From the NCBI GenBank assembly GCA_963783575.1, contig CAWAOD010000015.1, positions 160,001-224,000 of the forward strand: DNA of 64,000 nt. The letters are read 5' to 3'. Source of the DNA: an uncultured Spirochaetota bacterium (lineage in GTDB: Bacteria > Spirochaetota > Brevinematia > Brevinematales > JAOACQ01). Under the pieces are notes generated by a model. That model did not search any database, was not told the origin of the DNA, and worked only from the letters and a program-made list of their open reading frames with translations. Below, one piece after another: positions 10,353 to 21,757 of the stretch (the first letter of the stretch is position 1; every line of letters begins with the position of its first letter). The translations under genes were made by a program, and so were the position numbers.

Positions 10353-11858
10353 ATGATTAACTTAAATGATCTTGAATTATGGTTTATAACCGGAAGCCAG
10401 CATCTTTACGGAGAGGAAACATTGAAGCAAGTTGCAGAACATTCAAAGAAAATTGTAGATGGATTGTCTAAGTCAAAGGCTATTCCCATTAAAATAATAT
10501 ATAAACCCATATTAACAACACCTTCGGCGATCACTGAATTATGCCTTCAGGTAAATAGTGAAAAAAATTGCGCGGGAATTATTATCTGGATGCATACCTT
10601 TTCCCCGGCAAAAATGTGGATAGCTGGCCTGAATGTTCTTAATAAGCCTTTTTTACATCTTCATACGCAGTTTAACAGAGATATTCCCTGGTCTGAAATT
10701 GATATGGATTTTATGAATCTCAACCAGTCTGCCCATGGCGACCGGGAATTCGGATTCATATGTTCACGGATGCGGTTAAACAGGAAAGTGATTGTGGGAT
10801 TCTGGCAGAATGCGGATGTACTGGAAAAACTGGGAATCTGGGCCCGTGCGGCCGCAGCATGGCATGATATGCAGGGAATGAAGGTTGCCCGGTTCGGAGA
10901 CAATATGCGGGAAGTCGCGGTTACCGAAGGCGACAAGGTTGAAGCCCAGATAAGGCTTGGTATATCGGTAAACGGTTATGGAGTCGGCGAACTTGTAAAA
11001 TATATAAATAAGGTGAGCGATACCAATATAAATGAAATATTAAAGGAGTATGACGGAAAGTATAAAGTAGACAGGCCTCTGCAGGCAGGCGGTGAAAAAA
11101 GAAAATCACTGATTGAAGCGGCAAGGATTGAACTGGGAATGAAAAACTTTCTTGAAGACGGCAATTTTAAAGCATTTACAACAACATTCGAGGACCTATA
11201 CGGACTTGCCCAGCTTCCCGGCCTGGCTGTACAGAGGCTGATGGCACAGGGCTACGGATTCGGCGCAGAAGGAGACTGGAAGACATCCGCCCTCATCAGG
11301 GCTATGAAAGTAATGGGAGCTGGTCTTGAAGGCGGTACTTCTTTTATGGAGGATTATACATATCATTTTAATGAAAAAGGAATGAAAGTTCTAGGGGCGC
11401 ATATGCTTGAGGTTTGCTCATCAATAGCCGAAGGCATGCCTTCCCTCGAAATTCACCCGCTTTCCATCGGCGGAAAGGACGATCCGGCCAGGCTCGTATT
11501 TAATGTTCCGAAAGGCCCTGCTTTAAACGCTTCCCTGATAGATCTAGGCAACAGGTTTCGTATGATCGTAAATAAGGTTGAGGTTGTTGAACCGGATGCC
11601 CCCCTTATGAAACTCCCTGTTGCCCGGGCGGTCTGGGTTCCCGAACCGGATTTGAAAACAGCCGCTCACTCATGGATACTTGCGGGCGGGGCGCATCACA
11701 CAGGATTCAGCCAGGCTGTTAAAGCGGAGCACCTTGAAGATTTTACAGAAATGGCAGGATTGGAATTATTATTGATTGATAAAAATATAAAAATATCAGA
11801 TCTTAAAAAGGAATTGAGATGGAATGAAGTATATTACCATCTTGCCCGGGGAATTTAA
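10353..11858 (+). CDS. araA: L-arabinose isomerase
   Basis: [57 protein letters not shown]. Confidence 0.97.
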   Translation: MINLNDLELWFITGSQHLYGEETLKQVAEHSKKIVDGLSKSKAIPIKIIYKPILTTPSAITELCLQVNSEKNCAGIIIWMHTFSPAKMWIAGLNVLNKPFLHLHTQFNRDIPWSEIDMDFMNLNQSAHGDREFGFICSRMRLNRKVIVGFWQNADVLEKLGIWARAAAAWHDMQGMKVARFGDNMREVAVTEGDKVEAQIRLGISVNGYGVGELVKYINKVSDTNINEILKEYDGKYKVDRPLQAGGEKRKSLIEAARIELGMKNFLEDGNFKAFTTTFEDLYGLAQLPGLAVQRLMAQGYGFGAEGDWKTSALIRAMKVMGAGLEGGTSFMEDYTYHFNEKGMKVLGAHMLEVCSSIAEGMPSLEIHPLSIGGKDDPARLVFNVPKGPALNASLIDLGNRFRMIVNKVEVVEPDAPLMKLPVARAVWVPEPDLKTAAHSWILAGGAHHTGFSQAVKAEHLEDFTEMAGLELLLIDKNIKISDLKKELRWNEVYYHLARGI

Positions 11859-11869
11859 CCCTTCGACAG

Positions 11870-13560
11870 CAGACTGTGTGAAAACTCAGTAAAATTTTAT
11901 AGTAAAATCGATTAATTATACAAAAACTCCATTTTTTGATATATTTTTCAAGCTAAAAAAATCTTAGTTTAAAAAATCTATCCGAATACGATAAACGATG
12001 GTTTATTAGCATCAAACCAGAGTCATAAGTCTCTTTATTCCCAATATATTCAATACTTTTATTAAATTATGAATGAATCCTGCCAAACTGGATTCCGTCA
12101 GAACGCCATCCTTTCCCTTCATTAAAAAATAACTGTAACCCATATTCCTTTTTATCGATCCAAATGGATGTTCACATATCTCTTTCCTTTTCTCTATGAT
12201 CTTTTTCCCGGCTTCAGAACGAATTTTCCTCTTGAAGTTCTCAATTTCTTCTTTTCTAACTGGTACTTTGATACTTCGTCCTTCCACGCTTTCAGTACAC
12301 TTATTTCTTACTTCACATTGGCTGCATAAGCCGCACTTGTACCTGACTATCTCTTTTCCTCCATTGACCTTCTCTACTTTTTTCCCATTTCTCACTAATG
12401 GGTTTCCCTCCGGACAATAATAAACATTTTGTCCCGGATCATATTTGAATTTATCAACCTGGTATTCTTCAGCAGGTACTCCTTTATTATCTTCTTTGCC
12501 TCGAATCCTTGCCTTATGTCCGTCATCCGGATTCGGCATATATACGTTATGTCCCTTATCTATACATTCCAGTATCTGCGGTTCGCTGTAATAACCGGCA
12601 TCCGATACTTTGACCGTTTCAGTCTCTACCTTAAGCTCGTCCTTTATTTCTTCTACTCGGTCACACATTCCTGCCATCTGTTTGATATCATTGTTTTCAT
12701 TCGTCACATCAATCACCACAATCAGTTTATTCGCATCATCTACTGCCATCTGCAGATTATATGCAATGTCGGATTTCCCTTTATCATTCATAAACCGGCT
12801 TTCCGGGTCATTTGAATAATATTTCTCCATTTCAGGATTTCCCTCAAAAATCTTTTTAATAGCCTCAACTTTATCCTTTTTTGTTTTCATTTTCTTTAAA
12901 CGTTCCGCTATCTTTCCGGAAAGAAATTCAAATTCATTCTTTTCTTCCTTATCGTTCTTATCCATCTCGTTCAAATATTCTTCGATCTTTTGATCTATTC
13001 TATGTATGATTTCTTCTATGTTTTTCCTATGATAAACATTGTTATTGTGGTTTTGCGCACTGATCTTGGTTCCATCAATTCCAACAACGTCAAATGATAA
13101 AAGCCCGGCTTTATGACATATCTTCAAAAATTCTCTGAATATCGACTGTATTCCCTTCTTATTATCTTTCCTGAAGTCGGCAATCGTCTTGAAATCCGGC
13201 GCTAGTCGTCCAGTCAGCCACATCAACTCTGTGTTTCTTCGGCACTCTCTCTCTAATTTCCTGCTTGTCCTGATTTTATTCAAATATCCGTAAATATAGA
13301 TTTTTAAAAGTATTTCGGATTTATATGAACTTCTGCCGGTTGATGCTTCTTTTACTTTAAAACCAACTCCTTTCATATTTAGCTTATCAACAAAAATATC
13401 TATAAACCTTACCGGATCTTCTTCTCCTAACAGATCTTCCAGTGTTTCATTGAACAGAACTATCTGATCCCTTGATTCTCCCTCAATATGCTTCATCTTT
13501 TACTCCGATTATTTTTGTTCTAATAATTATAGCATATTTACTGTGTTTTCACACAGTCTG
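11870..13560 (-). mobile_element. IS1182-family insertion sequence
   Basis: 24-bp terminal IR cagactgtgtgaaaac(t/a)cagtaaa with 1 mismatch; CAG direct repeats at 11867-11869 and 13561-13563. Confidence 0.9.
12012..13496 (-). CDS. IS1182-family DDE transposase
   Basis: KIYIYGY..IRTSRKLE, PDFKTIADFR, IDGTKISA, SDAGYYS, CPEG, EHPFGSIK. Confidence 0.92.
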   Translation of the reverse strand: MKHIEGESRDQIVLFNETLEDLLGEEDPVRFIDIFVDKLNMKGVGFKVKEASTGRSSYKSEILLKIYIYGYLNKIRTSRKLERECRRNTELMWLTGRLAPDFKTIADFRKDNKKGIQSIFREFLKICHKAGLLSFDVVGIDGTKISAQNHNNNVYHRKNIEEIIHRIDQKIEEYLNEMDKNDKEEKNEFEFLSGKIAERLKKMKTKKDKVEAIKKIFEGNPEMEKYYSNDPESRFMNDKGKSDIAYNLQMAVDDANKLIVVIDVTNENNDIKQMAGMCDRVEEIKDELKVETETVKVSDAGYYSEPQILECIDKGHNVYMPNPDDGHKARIRGKEDNKGVPAEEYQVDKFKYDPGQNVYYCPEGNPLVRNGKKVEKVNGGKEIVRYKCGLCSQCEVRNKCTESVEGRSIKVPVRKEEIENFKRKIRSEAGKKIIEKRKEICEHPFGSIKRNMGYSYFLMKGKDGVLTESSLAGFIHNLIKVLNILGIKRLMTLV

Positions 13561-13578
13561 CAGGCTCAGGGCAGGCTC

Positions 13579-13626
13579 TTCGACCTGTCTGCCGTCTACC
13601 TGCCGGAGATTCCGGCGTAGGCAGGC
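13579..13626. repeat. REP-like palindromic repeat, copy 2
   Basis: Near-identical to 545-592. Confidence 0.85.
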
Positions 13627-13699
13627 CAGGCAGGCAAGTTTGACGCTGAGCTGGATTACATGATCCTGCGAAAGTTAGGATACTACTTTGGAGGTTGGT

Positions 13700-15303
13700 A
13701 TGTTTGCTCAGAATTTTTTAAGAATTCTTATTTTTTTATCTGTTTTGTTTTCTATTTTTAATTTCTCAATGGCAGCGGAGGATAAACAAACGCTTGCCGT
13801 GATCGGTTTTATAAATCTTGGCAATAAGCCTGACAATGATATAAACTTGTCATCAGCAAGTCCATGAATATTTTTCTATCAAAATTGCCAGGTGTGGAGA
13901 TTAAGGAATTTAATGAGGTTGAAAAATTAGCCGGGCAAAACAATTTCTGGGAATCAAAAAAGCTTGATATCAATACAGCGCTTGACATGGGACTTATGAT
14001 GAAAGCCAAGCATATTATAACGGGGGATTATAAGGTCAATAAAGAAAAGGATACCATCCTGATCAATGTTTATGTATATGATGTAACCACCGGGGATCTT
14101 ATACTGAAAAGACAATACGAAGACAGGGCCGGTGCAGATATTTTCGACACAATCGATAAAATAATAAAAAATATAAGTTCCCTGATTATTGGGAGAACAA
14201 TAACAGAAGGGAAGCTGAAGGTTGATGTTGAGGCCGAAAATAAGGTTTATAAGCTCTTTATTAACGGGAATTATCAGAAAGATATCAATAAAGGCGAAGG
14301 TTATATGGAGAATATCGTTGCTGAAGTACCCAATGAAATATCATTGAGAATTCCGGGACAGGGAATTGAGAAGGAAGTTTACCGAAATTTTATAACAGTT
14401 AAGGAAGGTGAGGTTTATTCCCTGGATTATTTTCCTTCGGGTTCCGTTACAATTAAAACAAAACCTTTTTCTGAAATATTTATTAATAATGTATCTTTTG
14501 GAAAAGCCGGAACTAACGGTGAGCTTAACCTCTAGAATATCAGGGCCGAAGTTTCGAACCTGATCAGAATCGAAAATAACGGGAAAGTTCTTGATACAAG
14601 AATGATAAATATTGAAGAGGGTAAAAATTATGAGATTGTGTTCAATGCTGATAAAGAGCCCGTCACAAATGTTATAACAATCAATAATGAAACGGCTTTT
14701 TTGATTAAAAACATTGTTAAAACTAATTTGACATTGATCAATGATTTTGAAGACGGAAAGAGCATTACACCTTTCGGGGGAAACTGGTTTTGTGCCAATG
14801 ATGCCGCAAACGGCGGCAATTCGGTTGCTATGCCCGATCCTTTTGAAATCGTTACAAATGACAATGGAGCGCATGGCTCTTCAAATTATGTCAGGTTAAC
14901 CGGGAAAGTAACAACCAAATTTCAATACGGTTTTATCCTGATTTCCTTCAATTTGATTGATGAAAACACTACAATGGACCTTAGAAAATACAGCGGAATT
15001 AAGTTTTCATACCGCGGAGACGGTAAGAGCTATACGGTTCAAATAAAAGCGAAGAATAACACCGATTATAATTATTATACTTATACAATCACACCGACAG
15101 ATAAATGGCAGGATATTGCAATCCCTTTTACTTCTTTCAAACAACAGGCATGGGGCCAGAAAAAATCTCTTGAAGATTCGCTGAAAGCGGCATTCGGATT
15201 TCAGTGGGAGACCATTGGACAACCAATTTCTTCGGTAAAGCTTGAGCTGGATGATTTAAATTTTTATTCTTCCGGGGATGAAGCGTTTCGCAGAAGAAGA
15301 TAA
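13700..15303 (+). pseudogene. Disrupted secreted protein: N-terminal CsgG/TolB-N-like alpha/beta domain and C-terminal CIA30/CBM11-like carbohydrate-binding domain
   Basis: ATG 13700 with SD and signal peptide (LAVIGFINLG); frameshift near 13845; in-frame TAG at 14533-14535 between same-frame ORFs; C-term DLRKYSGIKFSYRGDGK, WQDIAIPFTSF, LELDDLNF. Confidence 0.6.
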
Positions 15304-15597
15304 ACCATCCATATTATAATATAACAGCTAGAAAAGAATTGCCTGTGCTGAGTAAACCTGAAATCTGCCATAGAATTCCTTGAAGAAGTTTATTCATGGC
15401 TCGTATCAGCATTTTATTAAAATTTGAATTTCCTTTCAAGCACTAATTAATATAATAATTGATACATCAATATTGATATAAAATTCATTTTTTATACTAA
15501 TTGTTGTTGTATAGTACTGCTGATTCAAGGACTATTATAACTGGTATGGTTATTGCAATATTATTTAGAACAAATTTATTTATGAATAGGAGACGTT

Positions 15598-16251
15598 ATG
15601 TTAAAAATTTACTTATTATCGGCAATTTTTTTCAATACAATTTGTTATGGCGGAACATTTACTTATATGGGCAGTATAAAAGATATGGTCTATACAAATG
15701 AGATAACTGTCAGCAGTACTTCCGACGGTTATTTAATTAAAACTAAATCCGTGAGTAATGCAGTTATGGAAATTGAAACAGATCATGGATTTGCTCAAAC
15801 GGCATGGATTCTGCATGATGGTGTAAACAATATCGAAATTACCGCAAAAAGAACGGGAAATATTATAGCTATAAGCGGTATTTTCAAAGGTAAACAATAT
15901 AATAAAGAAGTTAAAATAGATAAAAGCCCATGGTACGAAGCATGGGGTAACGGTTTAACGGCATTTGCGATATCAAAGGAAAAGACTGAGGATTTCTGGT
16001 CGATCAATCCTTCGGATATAAATATGACGGCAAAGTTTAAAGCAAATAAGATTGGTGCAGAAAAAATTAATGTAAACGGTTCACAAATAGAAGCAGTTCA
16101 TATTAAAGTATCCCTGACAGGATTGCTGGAATCATTTTTCAGTTGTGATTATTGGTTCAGGGCTTCTGACGGCAGGGAGGTCCTGAGTAAAATTCCCGGA
16201 GGACCGGGTAAATCTCCTGTAATAACTGAATTGATTGGAGAGGAATTATGA
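15598..16251 (+). CDS. Hypothetical secreted protein, beta-rich
   Basis: AGGAG SD, signal peptide, 217-aa ORF. Confidence 0.7.
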   Translation: MLKIYLLSAIFFNTICYGGTFTYMGSIKDMVYTNEITVSSTSDGYLIKTKSVSNAVMEIETDHGFAQTAWILHDGVNNIEITAKRTGNIIAISGIFKGKQYNKEVKIDKSPWYEAWGNGLTAFAISKEKTEDFWSINPSDINMTAKFKANKIGAEKINVNGSQIEAVHIKVSLTGLLESFFSCDYWFRASDGREVLSKIPGGPGKSPVITELIGEEL

Positions 16252-16495
16252 AAATCGACTCAATCCGGCAAAACAAAATGATTTTACTGAAAATTTACAC
16301 GGTATTTATTAAATTCTGTCATATTCAGGTATCCGTCTGGTTTCCCTTGGGATCTTATTTTTTGATGCGCATATTTTATCTTTGGATTTTTCCTCTAGCC
16401 GTATTAATTTGTAATAAGCAAATGAGAATAATGAACTGACAGTCATTTTGAAAAATTTATCGATACGAATACCATAAATAGCATGCTTAATTCGA

Positions 16496-17336
16496 TTATT
16501 TTTTAACCCAGGTTGATATAGGAATCCAATTCTCATTGTCTAAAGCTGGAGCGCCTTTCTTCCATAAACCTGAAAGTCCAAGTTCTATCGCCGCAAGATT
16601 AAAGTTCGCCATTGCGATTCCAATATCCAGGTTTTGAATTTTAATGCCTTTAAATGCGCTGTTGTAATTCTTATCTTCATCCATGTAAAATCGATATTCA
16701 TAATCGGAACATATGATACGCCATGGCTGCTTATTCGAAGCGGAAGGTCCTGACCGGACAGCCTGAAGAATTTTGTAAAAAATATCATTGGGATTTTCCG
16801 GGTATTGTCCGGCATCATTATCCGAGAAAAACAAACTGCCGAAGGGTTTCCTGTTTTTCGCTCCTATGATAATGCGGACTGCACTTTCCAAGAGTCTTGG
16901 ATTATCAGCCTCATAGCCGAGCGGCGTTACCGCCGGGATAACTTCCCCTGGTCGAATTCCAGATTTATCGGCGAATACGTTCCGGTTTAAATTACCCCCG
17001 AGCCAGCATGTTCCCAATCCGAGACTCCGTCGCTTTAAGAATAACAGTTTGCATGCAGTAGCCAAAATCTTCCATTGCATAATCTCCCGGGTTAACCGAA
17101 CCGGTAAGGTAGATATTAGCTCCCCGGATAATTCCATACGTACCCAAAGACTTAATGTCCTCAAGATCATCTTCCTTTATTTCAATAATGGAAAAACTGA
17201 TTTTATTCCCAAAAGGACCGGTATTATTTTTCCGTGTAAAATCAGCCACTTCTTTTATTATGCCCTCTTCAACTTTCTTTTCACTGTAAGTCCTCACGGA
17301 ATGCCTTTTTTCAATTACTTCGAGCATAGTTCCCAT
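16496..17336 (-). CDS. Nitroreductase-family protein with two domains; frameshift near 17025
   Basis: IEKRHSVRTY in ORF 16992-17336; LGLGTCWLGG and GPSASNKQPW in ORF 16496-17170. Confidence 0.8.
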
Positions 17337-17375
17337 AAATTTCTCCTGATTATAATTTTATACTTCAGAGGCGGA

Positions 17376-18410
17376 TTAATTTGTCGTCTTATTTCCCCAG
17401 GGATTAAAATCCTCCCAGCCATCCGCCGGCGGATTTATACCTTTCCGGTATGATTCGATTAAAATATCTTCACATTTTTGCTTTTCAATGGAAAGGATTT
17501 TCTTATTTTCCTCCATCCACACAATCTGTCTTTTAAAAGTTTCCACAAGGGGTACTGTTGTTTTAAATCCAAGATCATTTTTTGCTTTTGAGTTATCAAA
17601 AATCGAATCGTATTGGTAGATATATTTCACTCCGACGCTCCTTCGCGGAGCTACTTTATAAAGCCAGTCCGTAGGGATGTGAATGATTTCAGGAATCGCA
17701 CCTGCGGCTTTTCCCAGGGCTTCGTAAACCTCATCCCAGGTGGTATGCTCATCGCTTGTCAGATGATATGCCTGTCCGAATGCTTTCGGGTTAAGGAGGA
17801 CATTGACGAATCCAGCTGCGACATCGTTAACATGGCATATCGCCCATTTTGTCCGCCCGGAATCATGCACAATCACAGGCAGGCCTTTACGGATGCGTTC
17901 GACAAGGCTATCGTCAAAAAGGATTCCACTAGCTGTCACACCTTCACCGGTTGTAAACGACGGGCGAAGAACTGTTGTATAAAGGCCGTCTTTGCCGTTC
18001 TCATTTAGCAGAATGGATTCAATCTGTGATTTGTTTCTTCCATAATCCGAAACAAAGCGGTGAGGTTCGTCATCATCGGCAGGAAGCTTTGTCAGCGGGC
18101 CGCCATACACGCATACCGTGGAACATACAACAATCTGTTTAACCCTTCCCTTGAAAGCCCGCAGAACAGACCTTGCGTTTTCCGGATCGTATGCGACCAT
18201 ATCTATCACAGCGTCAAAACTGTGATCCTTCATCCGGTTTTCAAATTCCTTATAATTCCACCTGTCGCCAATTATTGTTTTAACTTTGGAAGAAATTCTT
18301 TTTTCCGTAACACCGCGGTTGAAAACAGTAACATCATCACCGCGAATTGCAAGCCGGTTAACGATTGCTGTGGAAATGAGCCCTGTGCCGCCGATAATCA
18401 ATATCTTCAT
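17376..18410 (-). CDS. NAD-dependent epimerase/dehydratase
   Basis: GGTGLIS Rossmann motif, STVCVYG, YGRNK. Confidence 0.88.
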   Translation of the reverse strand: MKILIIGGTGLISTAIVNRLAIRGDDVTVFNRGVTEKRISSKVKTIIGDRWNYKEFENRMKDHSFDAVIDMVAYDPENARSVLRAFKGRVKQIVVCSTVCVYGGPLTKLPADDDEPHRFVSDYGRNKSQIESILLNENGKDGLYTTVLRPSFTTGEGVTASGILFDDSLVERIRKGLPVIVHDSGRTKWAICHVNDVAAGFVNVLLNPKAFGQAYHLTSDEHTTWDEVYEALGKAAGAIPEIIHIPTDWLYKVAPRRSVGVKYIYQYDSIFDNSKAKNDLGFKTTVPLVETFKRQIVWMEENKKILSIEKQKCEDILIESYRKGINPPADGWEDFNPWGNKTTN

Positions 18411-18538
18411 GAATTTTCTCCTGAATCAGACAGATTTCTTTAATAATATTTTATTCGATAGGCCGGCATATTGCAAATAAAAGATGTCAAAGTATTGAGG
18501 TCAAAGGAATGATCTCATTGTCTTCAATCCCGTATACT

Positions 18539-20326
18539 TTAAGGGAACGGTCTTTGCACCAGTATCTTCGGAATGCCGAGGTCGTGGGGTTTTATTATCC
18601 TAAAGCTGGAAACCGAACCGATTCCCGAAGAAACCACATTGTATCCGATGTAAAAAGGGCCGTAATTGCCGGTACTGTTGGTAGCCATCCAGACGTATAG
18701 CACATTACCAAATCCGGAAGGCGGGTCAGTCACCATCGCTGTAAAATTATATGCACCGCCCTGTGAAGGAGCTTCTATCGCTCCGACATTGGAACACGCG
18801 TTATTATTCGAATCCCAGTAATAAAGTGTGGAAGTGGTTTCATTCGAAGCTGAGTATATGAAATTGTAAGAGGCACCAGCCGTTAGATCACCCTGAAGAG
18901 GAAATGACATGGAAAAATCCCCTGAATAAACAGGCTCATATTCATAGGGGTATGGATCCGGTGTAGCCGAATAATCGCTTGTATAAACAAGGAAATCTGC
19001 CAGCACGTTCATAGGAGTCAAACAATTGTCCATCAATATAACTGTAGCATAACCCGGAACTGCCGGAAGCATTTGTACGGCCGCAAGCAAGCCCTTCCTG
19101 GTGAAAAAAGTCCAGTTATTATACCAGGTTCCATATACTGTAATAGCACCGGTTAAGGGCGCCGTTCCAGCCGGAAGATTGATTTGAAGCGAAGCCCCGC
19201 TTGAACCTGTCTGATAAACAGGGGTTACTGTGCCTGAAAAAGTATACCCATCCTCAAAAAAGATGCTTGTCATAGTTGAAAGGCCGTGAAATGTCCAGGG
19301 CGTATTGGTAAAGGCGGAAAGGCTCTCGGGAGTATTGAGAAACTGGTACTGCTGGTTGGTCGGATAACGAGCAAGGATGTAATATTGCGGAGGAACGAAA
19401 AGCCAACCCGAACAGTAAGGACCCGGCGTATATGTGGAATTCTGATAGAGATTACCCCTGTCATATGTAACGTCGATGAAAAGGTAGTTACTGTTTATCT
19501 GGACAACGTTCCAGTAATGCGGCATAAGCGGTGTTGTTGTTACCACTGCGTTCGTACCCAGGCAGTAACCGAAAACATTGCAGGCATTCATGCCAGCAAG
19601 CACGCACATCGTTGAAAAAAGGAATGCCAAACCGTTGCACTCGGTCTTCCTTGTCGTTAATGTTACATACGGCGAGGGATCGAAGTCCTTCTGCGCCAAG
19701 TAGTTGTCCCAATCGTAGTATATATTTGAAACAATCCAGTCATGGATGTACTTCATTCTGAGTACGGGATCCGAAGCCGATGAAACGAGGCAGTTTACTA
19801 GCTGCGGCAGGTAGTCGGCAGGGTCGGTAAATACGCCGCTCTGGATCGATGCTGGTACGGAAGCAAGTACTGACCGGGTATCCATATTTCTTACAGCGTC
19901 AATATTGCAGGAACTCTGGAAATTGCCGGGAAGTATTGACCATTGCGCATACAGCTTTACGTTTTGAGCCCCCATGGAGAATGTGGAACCCACTGTGTAC
20001 GGCTTGCCGCTTCCGTTCGCCGACGTATTCCAACCTGCGAATGAACCCTCTTCGCTGCCTGGAGGAAACAGATCCTCCGGATACTTGACGCTGACTGTCT
20101 GACCTGCTGAGTAGTAATTCGTATCCGTAGGCGCAATTCCGCCGCCCACATTTGCGTTATAAGCTACATAAACAGAGTTGGAAGTGGCTGAATTGGCTTT
20201 ACTTGATCCGCCTGCGCCTCCGTCCCCGCTACTCGAAAGCAGGGGTGCGCATGAGAACAAGGTAAAAAAAGTCAGGCCTGTCACGATAGAACACGAAGGT
20301 ATTACAAACTCTTTCATAAATCCCAC
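18539..20326 (-). CDS. Lipoprotein with InlB B-repeat-like domain and transglutaminase-like domain
   Basis: LFSC lipobox, Ser/Gly linker, FAGWNTSANGSG..LYAQW, IHDWI, TECNG / HYWN / IDVTY triad. Confidence 0.8.
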   Translation of the reverse strand: MGFMKEFVIPSCSIVTGLTFFTLFSCAPLLSSSGDGGAGGSSKANSATSNSVYVAYNANVGGGIAPTDTNYYSAGQTVSVKYPEDLFPPGSEEGSFAGWNTSANGSGKPYTVGSTFSMGAQNVKLYAQWSILPGNFQSSCNIDAVRNMDTRSVLASVPASIQSGVFTDPADYLPQLVNCLVSSASDPVLRMKYIHDWIVSNIYYDWDNYLAQKDFDPSPYVTLTTRKTECNGLAFLFSTMCVLAGMNACNVFGYCLGTNAVVTTTPLMPHYWNVVQINSNYLFIDVTYDRGNLYQNSTYTPGPYCSGWLFVPPQYYILARYPTNQQYQFLNTPESLSAFTNTPWTFHGLSTMTSIFFEDGYTFSGTVTPVYQTGSSGASLQINLPAGTAPLTGAITVYGTWYNNWTFFTRKGLLAAVQMLPAVPGYATVILMDNCLTPMNVLADFLVYTSDYSATPDPYPYEYEPVYSGDFSMSFPLQGDLTAGASYNFIYSASNETTSTLYYWDSNNNACSNVGAIEAPSQGGAYNFTAMVTDPPSGFGNVLYVWMATNSTGNYGPFYIGYNVVSSGIGSVSSFRIIKPHDLGIPKILVQRPFP

Positions 20327-20602
20327 CTTGACAATTTACTGACCTCTCGGACTATAGTCGAAAAATCCTTGGTCAATAATTACATGCATTTTGATACTTT
20401 TATACCGCTATCGATCCCGCTAAATTTATGCCGGGAATACACATTTACCGCCTCCCACACCGGAAAGTTGCCGGACAATTTGAAATTTACCAATAAAAAA
20501 GCCGGATAAGCATAGGAATTATTGACTCCATACCCCAATTTAACCTGGGTTGTACTACTGTTTGTCCAGCAGCGGGCATTATAAAACCGCCGCTTAAAAA
20601 AA

Positions 20603-21691
20603 CTAAGGAGCCCTGCAGATATTGACACATTCCATCGGAGAAAAAACGTTAAGGTAACTTAAGTTTGTCACTGTCCCGCTCAAATCGCCATATACCAATA
20701 TGTCGCCCGTCTGGTCCCAAATGACCACATCGTTTTGATTGACGCTTAATCTCCATGGAGCAAAAGCGTTATTTGTAGAATAGACGGTCTTTTTATTTCC
20801 AAGCAAGTCATATCTTCTCAACTCAAGAAGGTTGTTGGAATCGCACCGGAGCACGAAAAGATAACTATTGTTCATTCCGAAAAACCATGACTTATTGTTC
20901 GGGTAAACCGATTCGTCTTCCGTTATCAAATTGCTTATCGAATTGCAGGACGACGGGTCGAGTTGTTGAAGGAGAAGGATGTTGCTCACGACATTCGCGG
21001 TGTAAAGATTTCCTCCGCTCTGAAGGATAGGCCCTTTTTGACTCCACCATAAATTTGTAGAATGTGTAATAACTCCGCTGGATATATCCATATATGAAAG
21101 ATAACCGCCCTCATTCTTTAATTTTAAAGGATTCCACCAGTAGTATTCGGAATAATATAAGAAATTGCCGATAAGAACAAAACCTTTGGAAAAATCCATA
21201 CTATCATTGACTGTCGGGAAATTCCCGCTCATAAGCGTCACCGGATTATAGGTATTGAACGACCAGCTGCCCGAACTGTTGGCCGGGTTACTCCCTGAAG
21301 CCAGAATAAGGATATTGCTCGACAAGCCTGTTATCACCGATAGTTCTTCGTCATAACCGGGAGCCCAGCTGTCGGCAGTATAGTACGTAAATTGAGTTAA
21401 AACACTCTGCATAAGCAGATAACGGAGGAATGAATAGGCTTGAGAATGTACCACGACATCGTAGCCTGGATAGGTTGTGCTGCTTCCGGTGGAAATTTTG
21501 AAAAATAACATAAGGTCGCCAGAGTTAATTGTTACCTGCTGGCTTGAAATACTTGATGCTGAAGAAGACGAATCTGCAATACTGCTTGATATGCTCGTTA
21601 CTGAATCTGTAAGCCCCGGTTTGTTCTGACATGCGGAAATCATTAATACTATAGAAAAAGCGATAAATATCATGATACTTCTGTCTATCAT
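20603..21691 (-). CDS. Hypothetical lipoprotein with Ser-rich linker, probably beta-rich/propeller
   Basis: ISAC lipobox, SISSSIADSSSSASS linker. Confidence 0.7.
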   Translation of the reverse strand: MIDRSIMIFIAFSIVLMISACQNKPGLTDSVTSISSSIADSSSSASSISSQQVTINSGDLMLFFKISTGSSTTYPGYDVVVHSQAYSFLRYLLMQSVLTQFTYYTADSWAPGYDEELSVITGLSSNILILASGSNPANSSGSWSFNTYNPVTLMSGNFPTVNDSMDFSKGFVLIGNFLYYSEYYWWNPLKLKNEGGYLSYMDISSGVITHSTNLWWSQKGPILQSGGNLYTANVVSNILLLQQLDPSSCNSISNLITEDESVYPNNKSWFFGMNNSYLFVLRCDSNNLLELRRYDLLGNKKTVYSTNNAFAPWRLSVNQNDVVIWDQTGDILVYGDLSGTVTNLSYLNVFSPMECVNICRAP

Positions 21692-21757
21692 TTTTCACCT
21701 CCGATTTACAACATTACCCAATAAAGTGTTGTATAGGAATAATATACTTCTTGAAGA

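Noticed and set aside
14533..14535. Pyrrolysine or genetic-code reassignment of TAG
   Set aside because: TAG terminates several normal genes here (for example at 537, 37955 and 48666), and no pyl genes are visible
16248..16439. 63-aa ORF coupled to the upstream gene
   Set aside because: Has an SD and overlapping start but no recognisable domain; cannot be supported
20380..20628. 82-aa ORF between lipoprotein genes
   Set aside because: No SD or motif; possibly a decayed remnant
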